Shown here piece after piece: positions 52,251-64,000 of a DNA stretch of 64,000 nucleotides. Each line of letters begins with the position of its first letter. Position 1 is the stretch's first letter. The notes below the pieces were generated by a model, which was not told the DNA's origin, did not search any database, and saw nothing but the letters and a program-made list of their open reading frames with translations. The stretch is from contig CAWKBC010000017.1 in NCBI GenBank assembly GCA_963847705.1, forward strand, positions 1-64,000, in the 5' to 3' direction. This DNA comes from an uncultured Pseudomonadota bacterium (GTDB lineage Bacteria; Myxococcota_A; Polyangia; Fen-1088). The position numbers and the translations under genes were made by a program.

Positions 52251-53908
52251 CCGAGCTCCTGGCGCCAGCGGCGGGAGACCGCCACGGCGTCGCGGTAGCT
52301 GGCGAGCTCTCGCTCCTGGCGCGCGTCGTCCCAACCGAGCTCCGCGGCGGCCAGCGTCGCCGCCTGCGCGGCCACGCCGAGCCCCTGATCGGCGGCGTCG
52401 CGAAAGAGGGGGACGCGGCGGACGAGAAGGTCGGTGAGCGCGCGGGCGTGCTCGTGACGGGCCGCGTGCACGAGCTCGGCCCAGAGATAGGGGAGGGCGG
52501 GATCGATCCGCGCATCGAGCTGGGGCGACTCGGCGGCGATCGCCAGCACCCGATCGGCGTGCCTGCCGTAGGCATCGCCGAGGCGGGTGGTCACGTCGGA
52601 AGGGAGCGCCGGCGCGGTGAGCGCGTCGGGCAGCGGCCCCGAGCCGGGGAGAGGCCGGGTGGCGGTCGTGCAAGGCGCGAAGGGCCGTTCGACGCCGGCG
52701 GCGCGCAGGGTCTCGACGGCCAGGTCGACGGTCTCCTCGGCCATCCGGCGCAGCGTGGTCAGCTTGCCGCCGGCGACGACGACGATCCCGTCGGTGGTGC
52801 GCGAGATCTCGTGCTCGCGCGAGGTCTCGGAGGGGGTGTGCGCGTTGCCGGCCAAGAGGGGGCGCAGGCCGGCATAGGTCGACACGACGTCGTCGGGGCC
52901 GAGGCCGAGGGCCGGAAAGGCGTGGCGCGCGGCCTCGAGGAGATAGCTGACGTCGGCGCCGCGGGCGCGGATCTCGTCGCCGACCCGCGGGCCCCGTCCG
53001 GACGACGACGCGGCGGGGGTGAAGTCGGTGTCGGTGGTTCCGACGATGGTGCGCGGCCCGGCGGGCAGGACGAAGTAAAGGCGGTTGTCCTGGGGCGTGC
53101 GGAGCACCAGCGCGCGCCCGCCATGCGGGACACGCGCGGCGTCGAAGACCAGGTGCACCCCCAGCGTGGGGCGCAGGCGACGCCCGCCGGTGAGGAAGCC
53201 GTCGGTGAAGGGGCCGGTGGCGCTGACGACGAGGCGGGCCTGGATCTCGGCGCGGGCGCCGGTCTCGCCGTCGACGACCAGGGCGCCCCGTGCGCGGCCG
53301 CGGCGATCGCGGGCGATCCGTTCGACGGCCAGGTGGTTGGCGGCCGCGGCGCCCGCGGCCTCGGCGTCGAGCACGTTCTCCAGCACCAGTCGGGCGTCGT
53401 CGGTCTGGCAGTCGACGTAGAGCTGCGCGCCTTCCAGGCCGGCGCTGCGCAGGTGGGGCGACAGGGCGTAGAGCGCGTGCGCGTCGAGGCGCCGGCTGGC
53501 CGCGGGGGGGCGCCAGAGCGCGAGCGCGTTGTAGAGCGCGATGCCGGCGCCCAGCGTGACGAGTCCGGGGCTCTCGCCACGGTAACCGGGGAAGACGAAC
53601 TCGATCGGCCGGCAAAGATGCGGCGCGGTCGACATGAGGCGCCGCCGCTCGCGCAGCCCCTCGAACACCAGCGGCAGATCGCCGTACTGCAGGTAGCGCA
53701 GGCCGCCGTGGATCAGCTTCGAGGAGTGGCTGGAGGTCTGGCCGGCGAAGTCGCCGGCGTCGACCAGCGCGACCGAGAGGCCGCGCAGGGCGGCGTCGCG
53801 GGCGATCGCCGCGCCGGTGGCGCCGCCGCCAACGACGAGGAGGTCGAAGGGCTCGGAGGCGAGCCGCGCCAGGGTTGCCGCGCGCGTCGCGTCCGGGCCC
53901 ACGGTCAT
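52247..53908 (-). CDS. glpD: FAD-dependent glycerol-3-phosphate dehydrogenase
   Basis: GGGATG; TSSHSSKLIHGGLRYL; DDARL; YAGLRPL; GGKLTT. Confidence 0.92.
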   Translation of the reverse strand: MTVGPDATRAATLARLASEPFDLLVVGGGATGAAIARDAALRGLSVALVDAGDFAGQTSSHSSKLIHGGLRYLQYGDLPLVFEGLRERRRLMSTAPHLCRPIEFVFPGYRGESPGLVTLGAGIALYNALALWRPPAASRRLDAHALYALSPHLRSAGLEGAQLYVDCQTDDARLVLENVLDAEAAGAAAANHLAVERIARDRRGRARGALVVDGETGARAEIQARLVVSATGPFTDGFLTGGRRLRPTLGVHLVFDAARVPHGGRALVLRTPQDNRLYFVLPAGPRTIVGTTDTDFTPAASSSGRGPRVGDEIRARGADVSYLLEAARHAFPALGLGPDDVVSTYAGLRPLLAGNAHTPSETSREHEISRTTDGIVVVAGGKLTTLRRMAEETVDLAVETLRAAGVERPFAPCTTATRPLPGSGPLPDALTAPALPSDVTTRLGDAYGRHADRVLAIAAESPQLDARIDPALPYLWAELVHAARHEHARALTDLLVRRVPLFRDAADQGLGVAAQAATLAAAELGWDDARQERELASYRDAVAVSRRWRQELG

Positions 53909-53937
53909 TCTTGCGTCATCCTTTGGTCATCCCTGGC

Positions 53938-55734
<1,797 letters not shown>

Positions 55735-55792
55735 GGGGGGTAACTCTAGCCGCTCCCTTCTCCGCGCGCGAGTTCGTGTTAGCTTCTTATCG

Positions 55793-56752
55793 ATGCGCCT
55801 GCGCGTGCTGTACCACGGCAACTGCTTCGATGGATGCAGCTCCGCGGGGGTGTTCACCCGGTTTTATCGCGAGCGGATCGCCAAGGGCCCCCTGGAGGTT
55901 CTCTACCGGCCGCTGGAGCACAAGGGGGAGGCGCAGCCGTTCGCGGCCGACTACTTCGACGGCGACGAGAACGCCTGCGTCGACTTTCGCTACTCCCAGG
56001 ACCCGCGCCTCACCTGGTGGTTCGACCACCACGCCTCGGCGTTCCAGCTGCCCGGCGACGAGGACCACTTCCGCGCCGACGCCACCGGCCGCAAGTTCTA
56101 CGATCCCAAGGCCAAGAGCTGCACCAAGTTCCTGGCCGACACCGTGGCCGCCAAGTTCGGCTTCGACGCGGCGCCGCTCGCCGAGCTGATTCACTGGGCC
56201 GAGATCATCGACGGCGCGCTCTTCCCCGACGCCAAGATGGCGGTCGAGCTGAAGGAGCCGGCGCTGCGTCTGATGACCTTCATCGAGAACAACCGGGATC
56301 CAGCGCTGGCGGAGAGGTTCATCGGCGATCTCATCAGCCGGCCGCTGGGGGAGATCGCCGCCGATCCCTACGTGACCGGTCCGCTCGGGATCCTGCTCGA
56401 ACAGCACCAGCGCAACATCGAGGCCGTTCGCGGCGCCGCCAGGCTGGAAAAGGGCGTGGTCTTCTACGACCTGGCTGACCGCGAGACCGGCCCCTTCAAC
56501 AAGTTCATCGCCTACTACCTTTTCCCCGAGGCGCGGTACTCGGTCGCCCTGACCTCATCGTCCTCGCGGGCCAAGATCTCCGTCGGATCGAATCCCTGGG
56601 CCCCCACGCCGCGCACGCACGAGATCAACAAGATCTGCGAGCGCTACGGCGGCGGCGGTCACCCCGTCGTCGGCGCCATCTCCATCCCCCGCGGCGAAGT
56701 GGCGCGCGCCCGCCAGATCTTCCACGACGTGGTCGCCGAGCTGCAGAACTAG
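55793..56752 (+). CDS. DHH/DHHA1-family phosphoesterase
   Basis: YHGNCFDG; VDF; FDHH; GGGGHPVVG. Confidence 0.82.
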   Translation: MRLRVLYHGNCFDGCSSAGVFTRFYRERIAKGPLEVLYRPLEHKGEAQPFAADYFDGDENACVDFRYSQDPRLTWWFDHHASAFQLPGDEDHFRADATGRKFYDPKAKSCTKFLADTVAAKFGFDAAPLAELIHWAEIIDGALFPDAKMAVELKEPALRLMTFIENNRDPALAERFIGDLISRPLGEIAADPYVTGPLGILLEQHQRNIEAVRGAARLEKGVVFYDLADRETGPFNKFIAYYLFPEARYSVALTSSSSRAKISVGSNPWAPTPRTHEINKICERYGGGGHPVVGAISIPRGEVARARQIFHDVVAELQN

Positions 56753-56754
56753 GT

Positions 56755-59361
56755 CTATCTCCTCACTGGGCGCGCGCCGCGTGAGCGGCGGCGGGCGATG
56801 GGCCGGGGGCGCTTGGTCTTGGTTGGCGGTGGGCTCTGCGCGGATGGGGGACCGAGCCGGGCCTCGAGGCGGTCCATCCGCTCGCGCAGCTTGGCGGTCT
56901 CGCCGCGCAGGCGCTGGACCTCGTCGTGCAGCCGGCGCGCCTCCTCGGCGGGGCGGGCGCCGTCTTCCAGATCGCGGATCGCTTCGTTCATCCGCCGCTT
57001 GGTGCGGCCGTCGAGCTCGCCGCCGAGCGCGCTGCGGATGGCGGGGATGGCGTCGACCAGGCCGAGCCGCCCCAGCGCCATGGCCGCCTCGGTGCGGACG
57101 CGGAAGTCGCCGTCGCGCAGCCGCTCTTCGATGGCCTCGCGCGCCGCGCGGCCGAGGCCGGTGCCGCGCGCCAGCTCGGCCAGCGCGGCCACCACCGCCC
57201 GCCGGGCCGGGAAGGGCGCGCCGGCGCGCCAGGCGCTGCGAATCAGCGGGAAGGCCCGCTCGTCGCCGGTCTTGCCGAGCCCCTCGATGGCCCGGCTGGC
57301 GATCACAGCCTGGAACGAAGGGCGATCGACCAGCGGCGGGAGCAGCTCGACGGCCAGCGGCGAGCGCGTGCGCCCCAGGGAGAGGGCCACCTCGGCCTCG
57401 ACGAAGACGCTGCGATCGCCGGCCTGCAACTTCGCCGCGAGCGCGCGCCCGGCGGTCTCGTCGCCGGTGAGCTCGCCGAGGCCGGCGGCCACCGCCCTCC
57501 GCACCCGCGGCTCCGGCGCCTCCATCGCGGCGATCAAGGCGTCGCGCGCCTCGTCGCGCCGGGTGCGGCCGAGCGCGCGGGCCGCGGCGGCCCGAACGCC
57601 CCAGAAGGGATCGTCGCCCAGCGCGGCGATGAGCGCGGTGATGTTGGCCGGGTCGGGCAGATCGGCGAGCGCCCGTGCCGCCAGAACCCGATCGATGCCC
57701 AGCTCGGCGGCGGTGAGCTGCCGGCGCCAGAGCGCGGCGTTCTTGTCGAGCTTGATGGTCTTGAGCAGCACGTCGCCCGGGTCGAAGATCACCTGCGTCG
57801 GTCGGGCGGGCAGCCTGAACTCGAAGTTGTGCGTCGCTTCGCGGACGCTCACCTGCTCGTCGCGCAGGCCGCCGTCGAGCTCGAAGCGGACGGTCGCGGA
57901 AAACCCGAACAGCGGTGTCTCTGGCGTGACCTCCTGCTTCTGGGCCAGGGCCAGCGTGCCGACCTTGCGCTCCTCATCCCAGCTCCAGCGGCCTTCCAGC
58001 ACCGGATGACCGGGGCGCGCGATCCAGCGGTCGAGCATCTGCTCGACCCCGCGCCCGGTGACCTCCTCGATCGCCCGCGCCAGATCGCGCGTCTCGACCG
58101 ACCCCCGGGCGTGCTTGCGGGCGTAGTGGCCGATGGCGCGCCAGAACGGCCCGTCGCCCAGCTCGTGCCGGAGCATGTGCAGCACGCGCCCCCCCTTTTC
58201 GTAGAGGTGGGCATCGAAGAGATGAATCGGCTCGTCGTATTGCCGGCAGACCACCGGCCGCTGGTAGCGCCCGGCCTCGGCCAGGTAACCGTCGGTGTCG
58301 ACGAGCAACTCGTGGTCCGCCTCGTCGCGCCCCTTGGCGTGCTCACGCCAGACGTACTCGAAGTAGGTGGCGAAGCCTTCGTTCAGCCAGGCCTCGGACC
58401 ACTCGCGGCAGGTGAGCAGATCGCCCCACCACTGGTGCGCCAGCTCGTGCGAGACCAGGCCGTCGACGTCGTGATCGAGCGCGGCCCGCTCGTCGAGCAA
58501 CGTCAGATCGGTGAGCGTGGTGGCGCTGGTGTTCTCCATCCCACCGAAGATGAACTCCGGGACGGTGATCTGGCTGTAGCGCGCGTGCGGGTAGGGCAGG
58601 CCAATCTTCTCGGAGAAGTGGTCGATCATGGCGCCGGTGCGGGCGAAGCTGCGGCGGGCGTCGGCCTCGCGCCCCGGCGCACAGAAGGCGTAGACGTCGA
58701 CGCCGGTCTTCTCGGCACGGTCGCGGAGCTCGGCGAAAGGGCCGACCACCAGCGTGAGCAGGTAGGCCGGCTGCGGGAGCGTGAGCGCGTAGTGCCAGCG
58801 GGTGGCGGCCCGGTCTGGAGGCCCCGGCAGGTCGGTCCGCTCGCGCAGGTCCCCGTTCGACAGCACGAACGCTCCGGCGGGCGCCGTGCAGATCACCTCG
58901 GTGGTGAACTTCTCGATCGGCTGATCGAGGCAGGGCCAGAAGTAGCGGGCGTCGTCGTCCTGCCCCTGCGTCCAGCACTGCGGCGCGCGCTCGGGGTGGC
59001 TGGCGTCGGGGCCCACGAAGTAGAGCCCCCGGCGCGGCCGGCAGGCGTAGCGGACGGCGACCTCGAACGTCTCGTTCTCGGCCGGCGGCTCCGCCAGCGT
59101 CACCTGCAGCGACTGGCCGTCGTTGATGAAGGCGGCCGCGTGCTTCCCGACCGTCACCCGCTCGACGTCGAGCTCGACGGCGTCGAAGCTGACCGACGTC
59201 AGCCCCTCACGGCGGGCGGCGACGGTCAGGGTGGCCGTTCCGGAGAGGCGCTTGGCCGCCAGATCGATCTCCCACTCCAGGCGGACGTGCTCGAGGCGGA
59301 CCGGCCAATCGCCGACGAAGTTCGTGCGCGTCCCCGGCGGTGCAAAGGGGCGAGGGGGCAT
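56755..59361 (-). CDS. M1 aminopeptidase with HEAT repeats and C-terminal coiled coil
   Basis: GGMEN; HELAHQWWG..NEGFA; YEKG; VRAAAARALG repeats. Confidence 0.9.
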   Translation of the reverse strand: MPPRPFAPPGTRTNFVGDWPVRLEHVRLEWEIDLAAKRLSGTATLTVAARREGLTSVSFDAVELDVERVTVGKHAAAFINDGQSLQVTLAEPPAENETFEVAVRYACRPRRGLYFVGPDASHPERAPQCWTQGQDDDARYFWPCLDQPIEKFTTEVICTAPAGAFVLSNGDLRERTDLPGPPDRAATRWHYALTLPQPAYLLTLVVGPFAELRDRAEKTGVDVYAFCAPGREADARRSFARTGAMIDHFSEKIGLPYPHARYSQITVPEFIFGGMENTSATTLTDLTLLDERAALDHDVDGLVSHELAHQWWGDLLTCREWSEAWLNEGFATYFEYVWREHAKGRDEADHELLVDTDGYLAEAGRYQRPVVCRQYDEPIHLFDAHLYEKGGRVLHMLRHELGDGPFWRAIGHYARKHARGSVETRDLARAIEEVTGRGVEQMLDRWIARPGHPVLEGRWSWDEERKVGTLALAQKQEVTPETPLFGFSATVRFELDGGLRDEQVSVREATHNFEFRLPARPTQVIFDPGDVLLKTIKLDKNAALWRRQLTAAELGIDRVLAARALADLPDPANITALIAALGDDPFWGVRAAAARALGRTRRDEARDALIAAMEAPEPRVRRAVAAGLGELTGDETAGRALAAKLQAGDRSVFVEAEVALSLGRTRSPLAVELLPPLVDRPSFQAVIASRAIEGLGKTGDERAFPLIRSAWRAGAPFPARRAVVAALAELARGTGLGRAAREAIEERLRDGDFRVRTEAAMALGRLGLVDAIPAIRSALGGELDGRTKRRMNEAIRDLEDGARPAEEARRLHDEVQRLRGETAKLRERMDRLEARLGPPSAQSPPPTKTKRPRPIARRRSRGARPVRR

Positions 59362-59414
59362 GGGCGCGCAAACTTAAGCGGCGCGGTCGCCCAAGGTCAA
59401 CAGCGCAGGGACGT

Positions 59415-59601
59415 CAACGACACGGGAACCCTGGGAGGGTTCCTGCGACCTGCCGCGACGAGGTCGGTCGAGCGGCGCTCGCCCGCCAACGACACAGGAA
59501 CCCTGGGAGGGTTCCTGCGACCTGCCGCGACGAGGTCGGTCGAGCGGCGCTCGACCGCCAACAGCACAGGAACCCTGGGAGGGTTCCTGCGACCTCCCGC
59601 G
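59415..59601. repeat. Tandem array of about 2.6 x 72 bp hairpin-rich units
   Basis: Units start at 59415, 59487 and 59559; core GGAACCCT-GGG-AGGGTTCC. Confidence 0.92.
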
Positions 59602-59654
59602 CTCAACTGGAACTGCTTGGCGTCATGGGGGCGGCGTGGTGAAATCGTCGCCCC

Positions 59655-60146
59655 ATGAGCGGACGCGAGCCGGTTCACAAGCGGTACCTCCTGACCCGCG
59701 CGAAGCCAGCGGAGGCCTACAACGTGGTCACCGACTTCGCCGCCTATCCGAGCCTCTTCCCCGAGATCAAGGGGACCAGGGTGCTGGGCGCCGGGCCGCC
59801 GCCGGCCGAAGGCAAGTCGGTGACCCGGGTCGAGTTTCGCGCCCAGGTGGTGCTGCCGGTGCGTTACGTCCTGGATCTGACCTGCGATCCGGTGGCGCAC
59901 ACGGTCGACTGGACCTTCGTCGAGGGGGAGATCATCACCAACTCGCTCGGCAGCTGGCGCTTTTCCCCCGAGGGGGAGGCGACGGCGATCGACTACCGGG
60001 TCGCGCTCGACGTGAAGGCGCCGGTGCCGGGGTTCGTGCTGCGCAAGGTGACCGACGGGCTGGTGGCGGCCTCGATCCCCAGCATGTTCTCGGCCATCGA
60101 GCGCGAGGTCCGCAAGCGCCAGACCTCTCACCCCCTGGACACGTAG
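59655..60146 (+). CDS. SRPBCC / polyketide cyclase-like protein
   Basis: [23 protein letters not shown]. Confidence 0.82.
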   Translation: MSGREPVHKRYLLTRAKPAEAYNVVTDFAAYPSLFPEIKGTRVLGAGPPPAEGKSVTRVEFRAQVVLPVRYVLDLTCDPVAHTVDWTFVEGEIITNSLGSWRFSPEGEATAIDYRVALDVKAPVPGFVLRKVTDGLVAASIPSMFSAIEREVRKRQTSHPLDT

Positions 60147-60733
60147 GGATCGCCGCGCACGTAAAAGCGCAGCTTGCGCGCCGCCCAGGCGCCGGCATAG
60201 GCGACGCCGATGCGCGCCGAGGTCGCCCGGCGCGGGGGGGGCGCGCCGTCGTCGGCGAGGTAGAAGTCAGCGCCCGCGGTGAGATCGAGCCCGTTGTCCC
60301 GGCGGGTGATCTCCAGGCCCGCGCATAACTTGCCCGGCCCGGTGAGCGGTCGCTTGAGATCCGGAACGCCGGCCACCGGCGCCGCGGCGCGCAGCAGGAC
60401 CGCACCGGCGACACCGTCGGTCTCGGTGACGACGTTCATGCAGTTGTGCATGCCGTAGATCAGGTAGACGTACAGGAACCCGGGCGGGCCGAACATGATC
60501 GCGGCGCGCGGGGTGGGGCCGCGGCGGGCGTGCGAGGCGGCGTCTCGCACGCCCAGATAGGCCTCCACCTCGACGATGCGCGCCACCCGCAACGCGCCGG
60601 TCTTGTCGGGCGGATGCCGCACCAGCAGCTTGCCCAGCAGCGCGTGCGCGACCTCGATCGTCGGCCGCGCGTAGAACGCCCGCGGCAGCGGCGGCAGCGA
60701 GGCCAGGGGCGACAACCGGTGCGCCTCAGTCAC
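60128..60733 (-). CDS. mpg: DNA-3-methyladenine glycosylase (MPG/AAG family)
   Basis: LLGK; IVEVEAY; YVYLIYGMH; GPGKLC; RIGV. Confidence 0.92.
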   Translation of the reverse strand: MTEAHRLSPLASLPPLPRAFYARPTIEVAHALLGKLLVRHPPDKTGALRVARIVEVEAYLGVRDAASHARRGPTPRAAIMFGPPGFLYVYLIYGMHNCMNVVTETDGVAGAVLLRAAAPVAGVPDLKRPLTGPGKLCAGLEITRRDNGLDLTAGADFYLADDGAPPPRRATSARIGVAYAGAWAARKLRFYVRGDPYVSRG

Positions 60734-61460
60734 CGAGCAGCAGCCGTTGCCGGTTCACGCCGTCGAGCAGCTTGCCGAACCGCCCGTCGGACTCGCAGGC
60801 GGCCAGCAACCCGGCCGCCGCGTGCCGGTAGCCGTCGCGATCGAGATCCCCCGCCACCAGCCGGAAGCGCAGGAACAGGAAGGCCGTCTGCGCCACGTCC
60901 GACAGACAGTAGCGCCGCAGCGCCTCGATCTGCCCGGCGTGGAACAGCCCCTCGACCTGGCTGCCGTCGACGCCGTCCTTGCCCGGCAGCCCGATGATGC
61001 GCGCCGCGCCGTCGAGCGAGGTCATCCTCGCCGCGCCGTGGTCGGAGATCACGTCGCACAGATCGAGGTGCCCCTCCTCGCTGAAGCGATAGCGGTAGCC
61101 CTCGCCGCGGTAGTACCAGCGAAAGTCGAGGCCGAAGCGCAGCGCGCGCAGGGCCAGCACCGGCAGGTCGAAGCCGCGCCCGTTCCAGGTGATCACCTGC
61201 GGGCGGTACTTGGTCATGAACTCGGCGAAGTCGGCCATCATGCCGGCCTCGTCCTTCGACTCGCCGATGGTGCCGATTCGCTTGACCGCCAGCGTGGCGT
61301 CCAGCCACATCACGCCGAGGACGACCGGCCGGCAGGCGTAGAGCGGCGGGAACGGTCGGTCGACGGCGCCGGGGACGCCGGCCGGCTCGGGCGGGTCCCA
61401 CAGCTCACGGTCGGGGATGGTCTCGATGTCGAGCACGAGATAGCTGATGTCGGTCGTCAC
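60726..61460 (-). CDS. PolB-like stand-alone 3'-5' exonuclease
   Basis: LDIETIPD; [10 protein letters not shown]; HLDL; YCLSDV; GTG start at 61460. Confidence 0.87.
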   Translation of the reverse strand: MTTDISYLVLDIETIPDRELWDPPEPAGVPGAVDRPFPPLYACRPVVLGVMWLDATLAVKRIGTIGESKDEAGMMADFAEFMTKYRPQVITWNGRGFDLPVLALRALRFGLDFRWYYRGEGYRYRFSEEGHLDLCDVISDHGAARMTSLDGAARIIGLPGKDGVDGSQVEGLFHAGQIEALRRYCLSDVAQTAFLFLRFRLVAGDLDRDGYRHAAAGLLAACESDGRFGKLLDGVNRQRLLLGD

Positions 61461-61608
61461 GCGCCGCAGTCTAGGAGGGCGTCGCCGAAAAGGCGACGGT
61501 GAGCGAAGCGAGCCACCGACATTGGCCCGACCACGTGCCGCCCGACAGGCGGCCCGGCGTGCGCGCGGGCATTCGTGGATGTGGGCGGTCGTGATAAAAG
61601 CCTGGGCC

Positions 61609-61851
61609 ATGGCTTCCCTAGGTCGCCTTCGCTTGCTGGTGGTGGCCGCGCTGGCCGCCGCTGGGGTCGCTGGTTGTGCCCATCCGCCTCCGCCGCCCGT
61701 TCAGCCGTGGCAGCGTGAGTACCTGGCCCGGCGGGCGCTCCGTTTCGACGCCGATCCGCTCGAGGATCACTTCCGGCAACACTGGTACGGCGCGCGCGAA
61801 GGGGCGGACCTCGGCTTCGGTCAACCCGGCGGCGGCTGCGGCTGCAATTGA
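61609..61851 (+). CDS. DUF4266-like small lipoprotein
   Basis: VAGC lipobox; VQPWQREYLA; AREG..GGGCGCN. Confidence 0.85.
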   Translation: MASLGRLRLLVVAALAAAGVAGCAHPPPPPVQPWQREYLARRALRFDADPLEDHFRQHWYGAREGADLGFGQPGGGCGCN

Positions 61852-62996
61852 AGCGCGCCGCGCCCTGCCTGCTCGCCCTCGCGGGCGCACTGCTCTCGCG
61901 CTCGACCGTGCGCGCGGAGGATCGGGTCACCATCCGCGGCGCCTACTACCGCGAGCCCTCGACGCGCGTCATCCAGCCGGTCGTGGAGATCACCAAGGAT
62001 CTGCCGCAAGGCTTCGACCTCAACGTGCACTATCTGGTCGACGCCATCACCTCTGCCTCCGCCGCCGCCGGAACCTCGGTCGACAGCATCTTCACCGAGC
62101 TCCGGAGCGAGGTCGGGATCGGGGTCGGCAAGACCTGGGACCGGACCCGGGCCACCTTGAGCTACAAGTACAGCGCCGAGTCCGACTACTGGTCGCACGC
62201 TTTTTGGGCCTCGCTGAGCCACACCTTTTGGGGCAACACCGCGACCGTGGGCGCTTTCGGAGGGTTCAGCCTGGACTCGGTCGGATTCCGCACCCGAACG
62301 CCGACCTGTCTGGCGGCGGACGGATTTTCCTGCCCGCTCGACTCCGGGTTCGGCGGCGTCGGGTACACGCAGGTCCTGTCTCCGGTGGCCCTCGCGCAGA
62401 TCAATCTCGACGGCGCCTACCTCAACGGCTTCCTGTCCAACCCCTACCGCCAGGTGGCGGGCATCGGGTACGAGGTCTTTCCCGACCAGCGCCTGCGGAG
62501 CGCGGTCTCCGTGCGGGCGGCGTACTATTTTCCGGAGGTCGAGACCGGTCTGCAGATTCAGTACCGCTACTACCGCGACTTCTATCCGGGCGGGTACCCG
62601 ACGGGCGTGACCAGGGATCCCTGGGGCCTGTCGGCCAACATGGTGGAGGGGCGGATCTATCACCAGCTGAGCCGCGACCTGGAGGTGCGGTTCCTCTATC
62701 GCCAGTACTTCCAGCAACCCCCGGCGTTCTGGTGCGACGTCCCGGCCAACGCAGGCTGTTCCCCGATGTCGACCCCCGTGTCGCCCATGTACGTCTCATC
62801 CGACCCGGCGATCGGCCCGGTCCGAACGGAGTACCCGGAGGTCAAGCTGCTCTGGGAGGCCGCCGCCTGGGACTCGATCCCGTTCCTTCGCTGGTTCGCC
62901 GCCGGGACGTTCGAGATCTCCTACGGTCGCTACTTTCAGAACGACAGCTTCGGCGATGCGCACGTGCTCCAGACCGGTTACTCGATGCCATACTAG
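61848..62996 (+). CDS. DUF3570-like outer membrane beta-barrel
   Basis: VDAITSAS; ESDYWS; GFLSNPYR; YRYYRD; C-terminal aromatic residue; overlaps the DUF4266-like gene. Confidence 0.82.
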   Translation: MKRAAPCLLALAGALLSRSTVRAEDRVTIRGAYYREPSTRVIQPVVEITKDLPQGFDLNVHYLVDAITSASAAAGTSVDSIFTELRSEVGIGVGKTWDRTRATLSYKYSAESDYWSHAFWASLSHTFWGNTATVGAFGGFSLDSVGFRTRTPTCLAADGFSCPLDSGFGGVGYTQVLSPVALAQINLDGAYLNGFLSNPYRQVAGIGYEVFPDQRLRSAVSVRAAYYFPEVETGLQIQYRYYRDFYPGGYPTGVTRDPWGLSANMVEGRIYHQLSRDLEVRFLYRQYFQQPPAFWCDVPANAGCSPMSTPVSPMYVSSDPAIGPVRTEYPEVKLLWEAAAWDSIPFLRWFAAGTFEISYGRYFQNDSFGDAHVLQTGYSMPY

Positions 62997-63000
62997 CGCG

Positions 63001-63324
63001 ATGGCCCTCGAGGATCGGCTGACCCTCCGGCAGGTGCGGGCGGCGCGGCTTCGCGGGCGGGCCCGCAAGCGGGCCATCACCCAGGTGTTGCTGGGGTCGG
63101 TGTTTCTCATCGGCGCGTTGGCCTACGCGCGCGCCCCCGACCACCACGCTCAGGTCAACATCACCTGGATGGCCGCGCTGGTGGTGTTTTCGACGGCGGA
63201 CGTGGCCTTCGGCTTGCGGATGCTGGCCCGGCTGGCCCGGCGCTCGTCCGTCTGGTGGATCCTGGGCAGCGCCGCCTGGGGCGGCCTGGCGACCGCGCTC
63301 CTGGCCTTCCTCGTGCGAAGCTGA
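63001..63324 (+). CDS. Small membrane protein
   Basis: Three hydrophobic segments; fits between flanking genes. Confidence 0.6.
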   Translation: MALEDRLTLRQVRAARLRGRARKRAITQVLLGSVFLIGALAYARAPDHHAQVNITWMAALVVFSTADVAFGLRMLARLARRSSVWWILGSAAWGGLATALLAFLVRS

Positions 63325-63327
63325 CCC

Positions 63328-64000
63328 ATGGCCTCGGCGGCGGAGACGCGGACGGTGCTGATCACCGGCAGCTCGTCGGGCATCGGCCGTGCCGCCGCCG
63401 AGCGGTTCGCGGCGCGGGGCTGGCGCGTCTTCGCCAGCATGCGACGCCAGGTGGCCGGGGTCCCCTTGCTGGCGCTGGCCGTCGAGAAGGGGTGGAAGCT
63501 GACCACGCCGGCGCTCGACGTCACCCGGGACGACTCGGTGGCCGCGGCGGTGGGCGCGATCCTGGGCGAGACGGAGGGCCGGCTCGACGCGCTCGTCAAC
63601 AACGCCGGCTACTACGCCTGGGGCCCGCTCGAGGAGACGTCGCCCGACGAGCTGCGGGCCCAGCTCGAGACCAACGTGATTGGCGTCCACCGCGTCACGC
63701 GCGCGGTCCTGCCGGCGATGCGCGCCCGCCGCGCCGGCACGGTCGTCACCGTGGGGTCGATCTCGGGCCGCGTCGTGGTCCCCATCGCCGGCCCGTACCA
63801 CGCCTCGAAGTGGGCGCTCGAGGGGATGATCGAGGCCTGGCGGCTCGAGCTGGCGCCGTTCGGCGTGCGGGTGGCGCTGGTCGAGCCTGGCCCGTTCGCC
63901 ACCGCGCTGCACAGCAACGAGCAGTTCGCCGCCGCCAGCACCGCCGACGGCCCCTATGCCGGCCTGGTCGAGGCCTACCGCCGCCAGTCGGCGGGGCTGG
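63328..64000 (+). CDS. SDR family oxidoreductase (runs off the window edge)
   Basis: VLITGSSSGIG; LVNNAG; YHASK; VEPG. Confidence 0.9.
   Translation, partial: MASAAETRTVLITGSSSGIGRAAAERFAARGWRVFASMRRQVAGVPLLALAVEKGWKLTTPALDVTRDDSVAAAVGAILGETEGRLDALVNNAGYYAWGPLEETSPDELRAQLETNVIGVHRVTRAVLPAMRARRAGTVVTVGSISGRVVVPIAGPYHASKWALEGMIEAWRLELAPFGVRVALVEPGPFATALHSNEQFAAASTADGPYAGLVEAYRRQSAGL

Noticed and set aside
59415-59601. Possible CRISPR mini-array
   Set aside because: The inter-hairpin segments are repeated too; no cas genes.
56926-59658. 910-aa plus-strand ORF and the many similar long Arg/Ala/Gly-rich ORFs
   Set aside because: Antisense or off-frame shadows expected at this GC content; no motifs.

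Overview
A very GC-rich bacterial chromosomal segment, almost certainly from the Myxococcota (Polyangia-like). Signs of this are a TIGR02266-type PilZ protein, an AgmX/PglI-type protein, a Ser/Thr kinase-TPR-Cys-rich lipoprotein cluster and a myxobacterial-type LexA box. About 65 genes are recognisable. Housekeeping genes: imuA-imuB, yggS-maf, yebC-ruvCAB, pgk-tpiA-secG-dapF, glpD, aspS, an M1 aminopeptidase and mpg. These are interspersed with accessory enzymes and surface lipoproteins. I found no rRNA, tRNA, cas gene, integrase or transposase. At least seven single-base frameshifts (three of them in the essential aspS) point to long-read consensus errors rather than real pseudogenes. Most notable: (1) a tightly coupled three-gene operon of a cysteine-dioxygenase-like cupin, a caspase-fold (His/Cys) domain fused to a SAM methyltransferase, and an atypical Glu/Asp racemase; (2) an apparent in-frame fusion of a sarcosine-oxidase-alpha-like flavoprotein to a tricorn-type S41 protease, inside a split amine-oxidase operon; (3) two hairpin-rich tandem arrays (4x81 bp before ruvC; about 2.6x72 bp at 59.4 kb) that share one core hairpin with a compensatory base-pair change; (4) readable regulatory sites: a LexA box, a sigma-54 promoter with an IHF-like site, MarR operators and an intrinsic terminator. 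All family assignments come from motif recognition by eye; no database searches were run.
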